In this document: piece by piece, positions 23,187-35,664 of the stretch | Position numbering within the stretch: position 1 is the stretch's first letter | Layout of the letters: every line of letters starts with the position of its first letter | From: Balanoglossus misakiensis | Lineage: Eukaryota > Animalia > Hemichordata | Reading direction: 5' to 3' | Length of the DNA stretch: 64,000 nucleotides | Assembly: GCA_040954595.2 (NCBI GenBank) | Contig: CM082598.2 | Location: forward strand, 9,067,097 to 9,131,096 | Position numbers and translations under genes: made by a program | Notes under the pieces: generated by a model | Told to the model about the DNA's origin: nothing | The model's input: the letters and a program-made list of their open reading frames with translations, nothing else | The model's database searches: none

Positions 23187-25483
23187 GAGAATTTATTGCC
23201 GCCATCCTTGGGAAGGGAGAAATAACGGCTGAGAGTTTGTTGCCGCCATTATTGGGAGGGGAGAAATGATAGCAGGGAATTTGTTGCCGCCATTCTTGGG
23301 AGGGTAGAAATAACGGCTGAGAGTTTGTTTCCGCCATTCTTTGGAGGGGAGAAATAACGGCTGAGAGTGTGTTGCCGCCATTCTTGGGAGGGAAAAATGA
23401 TGGCTGAGAATTCGTTGCCGCCATTCTTTGGAGCGGAGAAATGATGGCAGAGAATTTATTGCCGCCATCATTGGGAGGGGAGAAATGATGGCAGAGACTT
23501 TATTGCCGCCATTCTCGGGAGGGGAGAAATAACGGCTGAGAGTTTGTTGCCGCCATTCTTGGGCGGGGAGAAATAACGGCTGAGAATTTGTTGCCGCCAT
23601 TCTTGGGTGGGGAGAAATGATGGCAGAGAATTTATTGCCGCCATCATTGGGAGGGGAGAAATAACGGCTGAGAGTTTGTTGCCGCCATTCTTGGGCGTGG
23701 AGAAATGATAGCAGAGAATTTGTTGCCGCCATTCTTGGGAGGGGAGAAATCATGGCTGAGAATTTGTTGCCGCCATTCTTTGGAAAGGAGAAATAACCGC
23801 TGAGAGTTCGTTGTCGCCATTCTTGGGCGGGGAGAAATGATGGCAGAGAATTTGTTGCCGCCATTCTTGGGAGGGGAGAAATGATGGCTGAGAATTTGTT
23901 GCCGCCATTTTTGGAAGGGGAGAAATAAGGGCTGGGAGTTTGTTGCCGCCATTCTTGGGAGGGGAGAAACGATGGCAGAGAATTTATTGCCGCCATTCTT
24001 TGTAGGGGAGAAACGATGGCAGAGAATTTATTGACGCCATTCTTTGTAGGGGAGAAACGATGGCAGAGACTTTATTGCCGCCATTCTTGGAAGGAGAGAA
24101 ATAAGGGCTGAGAGTTTGTTGCCGCCATTCTTGGGAGGGGAGAAATGACGGCAGAGAATTTGTTGCCGCCATTCTTGGGAGGGGAGAAATAACGGCTGAG
24201 AGTTTGTTGCCGCCATTCGCGGGATGGGCGAAATGAGGGCAGAGAATATTTTACGGTTGCCGGCATTCTTTGTAGTGGAGAAATGACGGCAGAGAATTTA
24301 TTGCCGCCATCCTTGGGAGGGGAGAAATCATGGCTGAGAATTTGTTGCCGCCATTCTTTGGAGGGGAGAAATGATGGCAGAGAATTTATTGCCGCCATCC
24401 TTGGGAGGGGAGAAATAACGGCTGAGAGTTTGTTGCCGCCATTCTTTGGAGGGGAGAAATATTAGGGCTGAGAGTTTGTTGCCGCCATTCTTGGGAGGGG
24501 AGAAATGATGCCAGATAATCTGTTGCCGCCATTCTTTGTAGGGGAGATACGATGGCTGAGAATTTATTGCCGCCATTCGTTGTAGGGGAGAAACGATGGC
24601 AGAGAATTTGTTGCCGCCATTCTTGGGAGGGGAGAAATAAGGGCTGAGAGTTTGTTGCCGCCATTGTTGGGAGGGGAGAAATGATAGCAGAGAATTTGTT
24701 GCCGCCATTCTTGGGGGGGGGGGAGAAATAACGGCAGAGAGTTTGTTGCCGCCATTCTTGGGAGGAGAGAAATAACGGCTGAGAGTTTGTTGCCGCCATT
24801 ATTGGGAGGGGAGAAATAAGGGCTGAGAGTTTGTTGCCGCCCTTATTGGGAGAGGAGAAACGATGGCTGGGAATTTATTGCCGCCATCCTTGGGAGGGTA
24901 AAATAACGGCTGACAGTTTGTTGCCGCCATTCTTGGGAGGGGAGAAATGATGGCTGAGAATTTATTGCCGCCATCATTGGGAGGGGAAAATATCAGCTGA
25001 CAGTTTGTTGCCGCCATTCTTGGGAGGGCAGAAGCGATGGCAGAGACTTTATTGCCGCCATTCTTGGAAGGGGAGAAATAAGGGCTGAGAGTTTGTTGCC
25101 GCCATTCTTGGGAGGGGAGAAATAATGGCAGATAATTTGTTGCCGCCATTCTTTGTAGGGGAGAAACGATGGCAGAGAATTTAGTGCCGCCATTCTTTGT
25201 AGGGGAGAAACGATGGCACAGAATTTATTGCCGCCATTCTTTGTAGGGGAGAAACGATGGCAGAGACTTTATTGCCGCCATTCTTGGAAGGGGAGAAATA
25301 AGGGCTGAGAGTTTGTTGCCGCCATTCTTGGGAGGGGAGTAATGACGGCAGAGAATTTGTTGCCGCCATTCTTGGGAGGGGAGAAATAACGGCTGAGAGT
25401 TTGTTGCCACCATTCGCGGGATGGGCGAAATGAGGGCAGAGAATATTTTACGGTTGCTGCCATTCTTTGCAGAGGAAAAATGA

Positions 25484-28400
25484 TGGCAGAGAATTTATTG
25501 CCGCCATCCTTGGGAAGGGAGAAATAACGGCTGAGAGTTTGTTGCCGCCATTATTGGGAGGGGAGAAATGATAGCAGGGAATTTGTTGCCGCCATTCTTG
25601 GGAGGGTAGAAATAACGGCTGAGAGTTTGTTTCCGCCATTCTTGGGAGGGGAGAAATAACGGCTGAGAGTGTGTTGCCGCCATTCTTGGGAGGGGAGAAA
25701 TGATGGCAGAGAATTTATTGCCGCCATCATTGGGAGGGGAGAAATGATGGCAGAGACTTTATTGCCGCCATTCTCGGGAGGGGAGAAATAACGGCTGAGA
25801 GTTTGTTGCCGCCATTCTTGGGCGGGGAGAAATAACGGCTGAGAATTTGTTGCCGCCATTCTTGGGAGGGGAGAAATGATGGCAGAGAATTTATTGCCGC
25901 CATCATTGGGAGGGGAGAAATAACGGCTGAGGGTTTGTTGCCGCCATTCTTGGGCGTGGAGAAATGATAGCAGAGAATTTGTTGCCGCCATTCTTGGGAG
26001 GGGAGAAATCATGGCTGAGAATTTGTTGCCGCCATTCTTTGGAAGGGAGAAATAACCGCTGAGAGTTCGTTGCCGCCATTCTTGGGCGGGGAGAAATGAT
26101 GGCAGAGAATTTGTTGCCGCCATTCTTGGGAGGGGAGAAATGATGGCTGAGAATTTATTGCCGCCATTCTTTGTAGGGGAGAAACGATGGCAGAGAATTT
26201 ATTGACGCCATTCTTTGTAGGGGAGAAACGATGGCAGAGACATTATTGCCGCCATTCTTGGAAGGAGAGAAATAAGGGCTGAGAGTTTGTTGCCGCCATT
26301 CTTGGGAGGGGAGAAATGACGGCAGAGAATTTGTTGCCGCCATTCTTGGGAGGGGAGAAATAACGGCTGAGAGTTTGTTGCCGCCATTCGCGGGATGGGC
26401 GAAATGAGGGCAGAGAATATTTTACGGTTGCCGGCATTCTTTGTAGTGGAGAAATGATGGCAGAGAATTTATTGCCGCCATCCTTGGGAGGGGAGAAATA
26501 ACGGCTGAGTGTTTGTTGCCGCCATTCTTTGGAGGGGAGAAATGATGGCAGAGAATTTATTGCCGCCATCCTTGGGAGGGGAGAAATAACGGCTGAGTGT
26601 TTGTTGCCGCCATTCTTTGCAGGGGAGAAATGATGGCAGAGAATTTATTGCCGCCATCCTTGGGAGGGGAGAAATAACGGCTGAGTGTTTGTTGCCGGCA
26701 TTCTTTGGAGGGGAGAAATGATGGCAGAGAATTTATTGCCGCCATCCTTGGGAGGGGAGAAATAACGGCTGAGTGTTTGTTGCCGCCATTCTTGGGCGGG
26801 GAGAAATGATGGCAGAGAATTTGTTGCCGCCATTCTTGGGAGGGGAGAAATGATGGCAGAGAATTTATTGCTGCCATCCTTGGGAGGGGAGAAATAACGG
26901 CTGAGTGTTTGTTGCCGCCATTCTTTGGAGGGGAGAAATGATGGCAGAGAATTTATTGCCGCCATCCTTGGGAGGGGAGAAATAACGGCTGAGTGTTTGT
27001 TGCCGCCATTCTTGGGCGGGGAGAAATGATGGCAGAGAATTTGTTGCCGCCATTCTTGGGAGGGGAGAAATGATGGCTGAGAATTAGTTGCCGCCATTCT
27101 TGGGAGGGGAGAAATGATGGCAGAGAATTTGTTGCCGCCATTCTTGGGAGGGGAGAAATGATGGCAGAGAATTTATTGCCGCCATCCTTGGGAGGGGAGA
27201 AATAACGGCTAAGAATTTGTTGCCGCCATTCGCGTGAGGGGCGAAATGAGGGCAGAGAATATTTCACGGTTGCCTCCATTCTTTGGACAGGACAAATGAT
27301 GGCCTAGAATTTGTTGCCGCCATTCTTGGGAAGGGAGAAATAACGGCTAAGAGTTTGTTGCCGCCATTCTTGGAAGAGGAGAAATAACGGCTGAGAGTTT
27401 GTTGCCGCCATTCTTGGGAGGGGAGAAATAACGGCTGAGAGTTTGTTGCCGCCATTCTTTGTAGGGGAGATACGATGGCAGAGAATTTATTGCCGCCATT
27501 CTTGGAAGGGGACAAATAATGGCTGAGAGTTTGTTGCCGCCATTCTTTGTAGTGGAGAAACGATGGCAGAGAGTTTGTTGCCGCCATTCTTGGGAGGGGA
27601 GAAATGATGGCTGAGAATTTGTTGCCGCCATTCTCGGGAGGGGAGAAATAACGTCTGAGAGTTTGTTGCCGCCATTCTTTGTAGGGGAGAAACGATGACA
27701 GAGAATTTATTGCCGCCATTCTTGGAAGGGGAGAAATAACGGCTGAGTGTTCGTTGCCGCCATTCTTGGGCGGGGAGAAATGATGGCAGAGAATTTGTTG
27801 CCGCCATTCTTGGGAGGGGAGAAATGATGGCTGAGAATTTGTTGCCGCCATTTTTGGAAGGGGAGAAATAAGGGCTGGGAGTTTGTTGCCGCCATTCTTG
27901 GGAGGGGAGAAACGATGGCAGAGAATTTATTGACGCCATTCTTTGTAGGGGAGAAACGATGGCAGAGACTTTATTGCCGCCATTCTTGGAAGGAGAGAAA
28001 TAAGGGCTGAGAGTTTGTTGCCGCCATTCTTGGGAGGGGAGAAATGACGGCAGAGAATTTGTTGCCGCCATTCTTGGGAGGGGAGAAATAACGGCTGAGT
28101 GTTTGTTGCCGCCATTCTTTGGAGGGGAGAAATGGTGGCAGAGAATTTATTGCCGCCATCCTTGGGAAGGGAGAAATAACGGCTGAGAGTTTGTTGCCGC
28201 CATTATTGGGAGGGGAGAAATGATAGCAGGGAATTTGTTGCCGCCATTCTTGGGAGGGTAGAAATAACGGCTGAGAGTTTGTTTCCGCCATTCTTGGGAG
28301 GGGAGAAATAACGGCTGAGAGTGTGTTGCCGCCATTCTTGGGAGGGGAGAAATGATGGCAGAGAATTTATTGCCGCCATCATTGGGAGGGGAGAAATGAT

Positions 28401-30787
28401 GGCAGAGACTTTATTGCCGCCATTCTCGGGAGGGGAGAAATAACGGCTGAGAGTTTGTTGCCGCCATTCTTGGGCGGGGAGAAATAACGGCTGAGAATTT
28501 GTTGCCGCCATTCTTGGGAGGGGAGAAATGATGGCAGAGAATTTATTGCCGCCATCATTGGGAGGGGAGAAATAACGGCTGAGGGTTTGTTGCCGCCATT
28601 CTTGGGCGTGGAGAAATGATAGCAGAGAATTTGTTGCCGCCATTCTTGGGAGGGGAGAAATCATGGCTGAGAATTTGTTGCCGCCATTCTTTGGAAGGGA
28701 GAAATAACCGCTGAGAGTTCGTTGCCGCCATTCTTGGGCGGGGAGAAATGATGGCAGAGAATTTGTTGCCGCCATTCTTGGGAGGGGAGAAATGATGGCT
28801 GAGAATTTATTGCCGCCATTCTTTGTAGGGGAGAAACGATGGCAGAGAATTTATTGACGCCATTCTTTGTAGGGGAGAAACGATGGCAGAGACATTATTG
28901 CCGCCATTCTTGGAAGGAGAGAAATAAGGGCTGAGAGTTTGTTGCCGCCATTCTTGGGAGGGGAGAAATGACGGCAGAGAATTTGTTGCCGCCATTCTTG
29001 GGAGGGGAGAAATAACGGCTGAGAGTTTGTTGCCGCCATTCGCGGGATGGGCGAAATGAGGGCAGAGAATATTTTACGGTTGCCGGCATTCTTTGTAGTG
29101 GAGAAATGATGGCAGAGAATTTATTGCCGCCATCCTTGGGAGGGGAGAAATAACGGCTGAGTGTTTGTTGCCGCCATTCTTTGGAGGGGAGAAATGATGG
29201 CAGAGAATTTATTGCCGCCATCCTTGGGAGGGGAGAAATAACGGCTGAGTGTTTGTTGCCGCCATTCTTTGCAGGGGAGAAATGATGGCAGAGAATTTAT
29301 TGCCGCCATCCTTGGGAGGGGAGAAATAACGGCTGAGTGTTTGTTGCCGGCATTCTTTGGAGGGGAGAAATGATGGCAGAGAATTTATTGCCGCCATCCT
29401 TGGGAGGGGAGAAATAACGGCTGAGTGTTTGTTGCCGCCATTCTTGGGCGGGGAGAAATGATGGCAGAGAATTTGTTGCCGCCATTCTTGGGAGGGGAGA
29501 AATGATGGCAGAGAATTTATTGCTGCCATCCTTGGGAGGGGAGAAATAACGGCTGAGTGTTTGTTGCCGCCATTCTTTGGAGGGGAGAAATGATGGCAGA
29601 GAATTTATTGCCGCCATCCTTGGGAGGGGAGAAATAACGGCTGAGTGTTTGTTGCCGCCATTCTTGGGCGGGGAGAAATGATGGCAGAGAATTTGTTGCC
29701 GCCATTCTTGGGAGGGGAGAAATGATGGCTGAGAATTAGTTGCCGCCATTCTTGGGAGGGGAGAAATGATGGCAGAGAATTTGTTGCCGCCATTCTTGGG
29801 AGGGGAGAAATGATGGCAGAGAATTTATTGCCGCCATCCTTGGGAGGGGAGAAATAACGGCTAAGAATTTGTTGCCGCCATTCGCGTGAGGGGCGAAATG
29901 AGGGCAGAGAATATTTCACGGTTGCCTCCATTCTTTGGACAGGACAAATGATGGCCTAGAATTTGTTGCCGCCATTCTTGGGAAGGGAGAAATAACGGCT
30001 AAGAGTTTGTTGCCGCCATTCTTGGAAGAGGAGAAATAACGGCTGAGAGTTTGTTGCCGCCATTCTTGGGAGGGGAGAAATAACGGCTGAGAGTTTGTTG
30101 CCGCCATTCTTTGTAGGGGAGATACGATGGCAGAGAATTTATTGCCGCCATTCTTGGAAGGGGACAAATAATGGCTGAGAGTTTGTTGCCGCCATTCTTT
30201 GTAGTGGAGAAACGATGGCAGAGAGTTTGTTGCCGCCATTCTTGGGAGGGGAGAAATGATGGCTGAGAATTTGTTGCCGCCATTCTCGGGAGGGGAGAAA
30301 TAACGTCTGAGAGTTTGTTGCCGCCATTCTTTGTAGGGGAGAAACGATGACAGAGAATTTATTGCCGCCATTCTTGGAAGGGGAGAAATAACGGCTGAGT
30401 GTTCGTTGCCGCCATTCTTGGGCGGGGAGAAATGATGGCAGAGAATTTGTTGCCGCCATTCTTGGGAGGGGAGAAATGATGGCTGAGAATTTGTTGCCGC
30501 CATTTTTGGAAGGGGAGAAATAAGGGCTGGGAGTTTGTTGCCGCCATTCTTGGGAGGGGAGAAACGATGGCAGAGAATTTATTGACGCCATTCTTTGTAG
30601 GGGAGAAACGATGGCAGAGACTTTATTGCCGCCATTCTTGGAAGGAGAGAAATAAGGGCTGAGAGTTTGTTGCCGCCATTCTTGGGAGGGGAGAAATGAC
30701 GGCAGAGAATTTGTTGCCGCCATTCTTGGGAGGGGAGAAATAACGGCTGAGTGTTTGTTGCCGCCATTCTTTGGAGGGGAGAAATGG
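25484..30787. repeat. Tandem duplication of a 2,652-bp satellite block (2 copies)
   Basis: ORF pairs 25551/28203, 26645/29297, 27487/30139; 2652 = 60x44 + 12; shared rare variants GACATTATT, GGCCTAG, ATGGTGG. Confidence 0.93.
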
Positions 30788-32332
30788 TGGCAGAGAATTT
30801 ATTGCCGCCATCCTTGGGAGGGGAGAAATAACGGCTGAGTGTTTGTTGCCGGCATTCTTTGGAGGGGAGAAATGATGGCAGAGAATTTATTGCCGCCATC
30901 CTTGGGAGGGGAGAAATAACGGCTGAGTGTTTGTTGCCGCCATTCTTGGGCGGGGAGAAATGATGGCAGAGAATTTGTTGCCGCCATTCTTGGGAGGGGA
31001 GAAATGATGGCAGAGAATTTATTGCTGCCATCCTTGGGAGGGGAGAAATAACGGCTGAGTGTTTGTTGCCGCCATTCTTTGGAGGGGAGAAATGATGGCA
31101 GAGAATTTATTGCCGCCATCCTTGGGAGGGGAGAAATAACGGTTGAGTGTTTGTTGCCGCCATTCTTGGGCGGGGAGAAATGATGGCAGAGAATTTGTTG
31201 CCGCCATTCTTGGGAGGGGAGAAATGATGGCTGAGAATTAGTTGCCGCCATTCTTGGGAGGGGAGAAATGATGGCTGAGAATTTGTTGCCGCCATTCTTG
31301 GGCGGGGAGAAATGATGGCAGAGAATTTGTTTCCGCCATTCTTGGGAGGAGAGAAATAACGGCTGAGAATTTGTTGCCGCCATTCTTGGGCGGGGAGAAT
31401 TGATGGCAGAGAATTTGTTGCCGCCATTCTTGGGCGGGGAGAAATGATGGCAGAGAATTTGTTGCCGCCATTCTTGGGAGGGGAGAAATGATGGCAGAGA
31501 ATTTATTGCCGCCATCCTTGGGAGGGGAGAAATAACGGCTGAGTGTTTGTTGCCGCCATTCTTTGGAGGGGAGAAATGATGGCAGAGAATTTATTGCCGC
31601 CATCCTTGGGAGGGGAGAAATAACGGCTGAGTGTTTGTTGCCGGCATTCTTTGGAGGGGAGAAATGATGGCAGAGAATTTATTGCCGCCATCCTTGGGAG
31701 GGGAGAAATAACGGCTGAGTGTTTGTTGCCGCCATTCTTGGGCGGGGAGAAATGATGGCAGAGAATTTGTTGCCGCCATTCTTGGGAGGGGAGAAATGAT
31801 GGCAGAGAATTTATTGCTGCCATCCTTGGGAGGGGAGAAATAACGGCTGAGTGTTTGTTGCCGCCATTCTTTGGAGGGGAGAAATGATGGCAGAGAATTT
31901 ATTGCCGCCATCCTTGGGAGGGGAGAAATAACGGCTGAGTGTTTGTTGCCGCCATTCTTGGGCGGGGAGAAATGATGGCAGAGAATTTGTTGCCGCCATT
32001 CTTGGGAGGGGAGAAATGATGGCTGAGAATTAGTTGCCGCCATTCTTGGGAGGGGAGAAATGATGGCTGAGAATTTGTTGCCGCCATTCTTGGGCGGGGA
32101 GAAATGATGGCAGAGAATTTGTTTCCGCCATTCTTGGGAGGAGAGAAATAACGGCTGAGAATTTGTTGCCGCCATTCTTGGGCGGGGACAATTGATGGCA
32201 GAGAATTTGTTGCCGCCATTCTTGGGCGGGGAGAAATGATGGCAGAGAATTTGTTGCCGCCATTCTTGGGAGGGGAGAAATGATGGCAGAGAATTTATTG
32301 CCGCCATCCTTGGGAGGGGAGAAATAACGGCT
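30788..32332. repeat. Tandem duplication of a 792-bp (18-monomer) satellite block (~2 copies)
   Basis: ORF pairs 30799/31591, 31019/31811, 31107/31899. Confidence 0.88.
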
Positions 32333-32716
32333 AAGAGTTTGTTGCCGCCATTCGCGTGAGGGGCGAAATGAGGGCAGAGAATATTTCACGGTTGCCTCCA
32401 TTCTTTGGACAGGACAAATGATGGCAGAGAATTTGTTGCCGCCATTCTTGGGAAGGGAGAAATAACGGCTAAGAGTTTGTTGCCGCCATTCTTGGGAGAG
32501 GAGAAATAACGGCTGAGAGTTTGTTGCCGCCATTCTTGGGAGGGGAGAAATAACGGCTGAGAGTTTGTTGCCGCCATTCTTTGTAGGGGAGATACGATGG
32601 CAGAGAATTTATTGCCGCCATTCTTGGAAGGGGACAAATAATGGCTGAGAGTTTGTTGCCGCCATTCTTTGTAGTGGAGAAACGATGGCAGAGAGTTTGT
32701 TGCCGCCATTCTTGGG

Positions 32717-32725
32717 AGGGGAGAA
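32717..32725 (+). repeat. Left 9-bp TSD of the MITE (AGGGGAGAA)
   Basis: Repeated at 33246-33254; single copy at the empty paralogue 3786-3794. Confidence 0.9.
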
Positions 32726-32802
32726 TTGCCTTTCCAGAGGGCGCCGTCAATGACCTTTAGCTTTTCAGAGACGCGGTGCAAGACGTCTCTCCAAATCCGT
32801 TT
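32726..32802 (+). repeat. Left TIR (77 bp)
   Basis: TTGCCTTTCCAGAGGGCGCCGTCAATGACCTTTAGCTTTTCAGAGACGCGGTGCAAGACGTCTCTCCAAATCCGTTT; 5 mismatches + 1 indel versus the reverse complement of 33170-33245. Confidence 0.95.
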
Positions 32803-33169
32803 GAGCTCGTGCTGTGATTGGCTAGTACCATGCAAGATGTTGCTTCATATGATTGGCTAATATGCCAGACAGAAGTTCCATCGCGTGCATGGATCGCGTG
32901 CACGTTCGATCAGTACGCGTAACGTCCTTGTCACGTGACGTGGCATACGTGTAGAACAGACGTTCAGAACAACAAACGACACTTGTACTCGTAAATTATG
33001 ATTACGTGTAAAATAATTCCGATTATCTCAATTTTTGGCGATCGATCTATAAAAATGAAATCGTGAAGTAAGTAGGCAACCATGGTGATACTTCCGGTGG
33101 AACGCCATTGACGAATCAGTTACCTTCCCCTAAATCGAACGCCACTTCAGCGCTCTCATTGGTTGAACG

Positions 33170-33245
33170 AAACGGATTTGGAGAGACCTCTTGACCGCGT
33201 CTCTGAAAAGCCAAAGGTCATTGAGGGCGCCCTCTTGAGAGGCAA
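33170..33245 (-). repeat. Right TIR (76 bp)
   Basis: AAACGGATTTGGAGAGACCTCTTGACCGCGTCTCTGAAAAGCCAAAGGTCATTGAGGGCGCCCTCTTGAGAGGCAA. Confidence 0.95.
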
Positions 33246-33254
33246 AGGGGAGAA
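33246..33254 (+). repeat. Right 9-bp TSD of the MITE (AGGGGAGAA)
   Basis: Matches 32717-32725; satellite resumes in phase (ATGATGGCTGAG). Confidence 0.9.
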
Positions 33255-35664
33255 ATGATGGCTGAGAATTTGTTGCCGCCATTCTCGGGAGGGGAGAAAT
33301 AACGTCTGAGAGTTTGTTGCCGCCATTCTTTGTAGGGGAGAAACGATGACAGAGAATTTATTGCCGCCATTGTTGGAAGGGGAGAAATAACGGCTGAGAG
33401 TTTGTTGCCCGCCATTCTTGGGAGGGGAGAAATAACGGCTGAGAGTTTGTTGCCGCCATTCTTTGTAGGGTAAAATAACGGCTGACAGTTTGTTGCCGCC
33501 ATTCTTGGGAGGGGAGAAATGATGGCTGAGAATTTATTGCCGCCATCATTGGGAGGGGAAAATAACAGCTGACAGTTTGTTGCGGCCATTCTTGGGAGGG
33601 CAGAAGCGATGGCAGAGACTTTATTGCCGCCATTCTTTGTAGGGGAGAAACGATGGCAGAGAATTTATTGCCGCCATTCTTTGTAGGGGAGAAACGATGG
33701 CACAGAATTTATTGCCGCCATTCTTTGTAGGGGAGAAACGATGGCAGAGACTTTATTGCCGCCATTCTTGGAAGGGGAGAAATAAGGGCTGAGAGTTTGT
33801 TGCCGCCATTCTTGGGAGGGGAGTAATGACGGCAGAGAATTTGTTGCCGCCATTCTTGGGAGGGGAGAAATAACGGCTGAGAGTTTGTTGCCACCATTCG
33901 CGGGATGGGCGAAATGAGGGCAGAGAATATTTTACGGTTGCTGCCATTCTTTGCAGAGGAGAAATGAGGGCAGAGAATTTATTGCCGCCATCCTTGGGAA
34001 GGGAGAAGTAACGGCTTAGAGTATGTTGCCGCCATTCTCGGGAGGGGAGAAATGATAGCAGAGAATTTGTTGCCGCCAGTCTTGGGGGGGATGAGAAATA
34101 ACGGCTGAGAGTATGTTGCCGCCATTCTCGGGAGGGGAGAAATGATAGCAGAGAATTTGTTGCCGCCATTCTTTGTAGGGGAGAAACGATGGCAGAGAAT
34201 TTATTGCCGCCATTCTTTGTAGGGGAGAAACGATGGCACAGAATTTATTGCCGCCATTCTTGGAAGGGAAGAAATAAGGGCTGAGAGTTTGTTGCCGCCA
34301 TTCTTGGGAGGGGAGAAATGACGGCAGAGAATTTGTTGCCGCCATTCTTGGGAGGGGAGAAATAACGGCTGAGAGTTTGTTGCCGCCATTCTTTGTAGGG
34401 GAGAAACGATGACAGAGAATTTGTTGCCACCATTCTTGGGAGGGGAGAACTAACGGCTGAGAGTTTGTTGCCGCCATTCTTGGGAGGGGAGAAATAACGG
34501 CTGAGAGTTTGTTGCCGCCATTCTTTGTAGGGGAGAAACGATGACAGAGAATTTATTGCCGCCATTCTTTGTAGGGGAGAAACGATGGCAGAGAATTTAT
34601 TACTGCCATTCTCTTTAGGGGAGAAACGATGGCAGAGACTTTATTGCCGCCATTCTTGGGAGGGGAGAAATATTAGGGCTGAGAGTTTGTTGCCGCCATT
34701 CTTGGGAGGGGAGAAGCGATGGCAGAGACTTTATTGCCGCCATTCTTGGAAGGGGAGAAATAAGGGCTGAGAGTTTGTTGCCGCCATTCTTGGGAGGGGA
34801 GAAACGATGGCAGAGAATTTATTGCCGCCATTCTTTGTAGGGGAGAAACGATGGCAGAGAATTTATTGCCGCCATTCTTTGTAGGGGAGAAACGATGGCA
34901 GAGACTTTATTGCCGCCATTCTTGGAAGAGGAGAAATAAGGGCTGAGAGTTTGTTGCCGCCATTCTTGGGAGGGGAGAAATGACGGCAGAGAATTTGTTG
35001 CCGCCATTCTTGGGAGGGGAGAAATAACGGCTGAGAGTTTGTTGCCACCATTCGCGGGATGGGCGAAATGAGGGCAGAGAATATTTTACGGTTGCTGCCA
35101 TTCTTTGGAGAGGAGAAATGAGGGCAGAGAATTTATTGCCGCCATCCTTGGGAAGGGAGAAATAACGGCTGAGAGTATGTTGCCGCCATTCTCGGGAGGG
35201 GAGAAATGATAGCAGAGAATTTGTTGCCGCCAGTCTTGGGGGGGGATGAGAAATATCGGCTGAGAGTTTGTTGCCGCCATTCTTGGGAGGGGAGAAATAA
35301 CGGCTGAGAGTTTGTTGCCGCCATTCTTTGTAGGGGAGAAACGATGACAGAGAATTTGTTGCCGCCATTCTTGGGAGGTGAGAACTAACGGCTGAGAGTT
35401 TGTTGCCGCCATTCTTGGGAGGGGAGAAATAACGGCTGAGAGTTTGTTGCCGCCATTCTTTGTAGGGGAGAAACGATGACAGAGAATTTATTACTGCCAT
35501 TCTCTTTAGGGGAGAAACGATGGCAGAGACTTTATTGCCGCCATTCTTGGGAGGGGAGAAATATTAGGGCTGAGAGTTTGTTGCCGCCATTCTTGGGAGG
35601 GGAGAAGCGATGGCAGAGACTTTATTGCCGCCATTCTTGGAAGGGGAGAAATAAGGGCTGAGAG

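Larger units (their letters stand above)
13789..32725. repeat. 44-bp tandem satellite array, segment 2
   Basis: Same monomer and orientation as segment 1. Confidence 0.99.
32726..33245. mobile_element. 520-bp non-autonomous TIR DNA transposon (MITE), Mutator/MULE-like by TSD and TIR length
   Basis: ~77-bp terminal inverted repeats starting TTGCC and ending GGCAA, 9-bp TSD, no transposase ORF; the superfamily is inferred only from the 9-bp TSD and long TIR. Confidence 0.92.

Noticed and set aside
32726-32730. MITE terminus TTGCC matches satellite TTGCC, suggesting shared origin
   Set aside because: Only 5 bp with no further similarity; expected by chance
32386-32835. ORFs crossing the MITE/satellite junctions as transposase
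   Set aside because: Chimeric read-through of TIR and satellite with no DDE motifs
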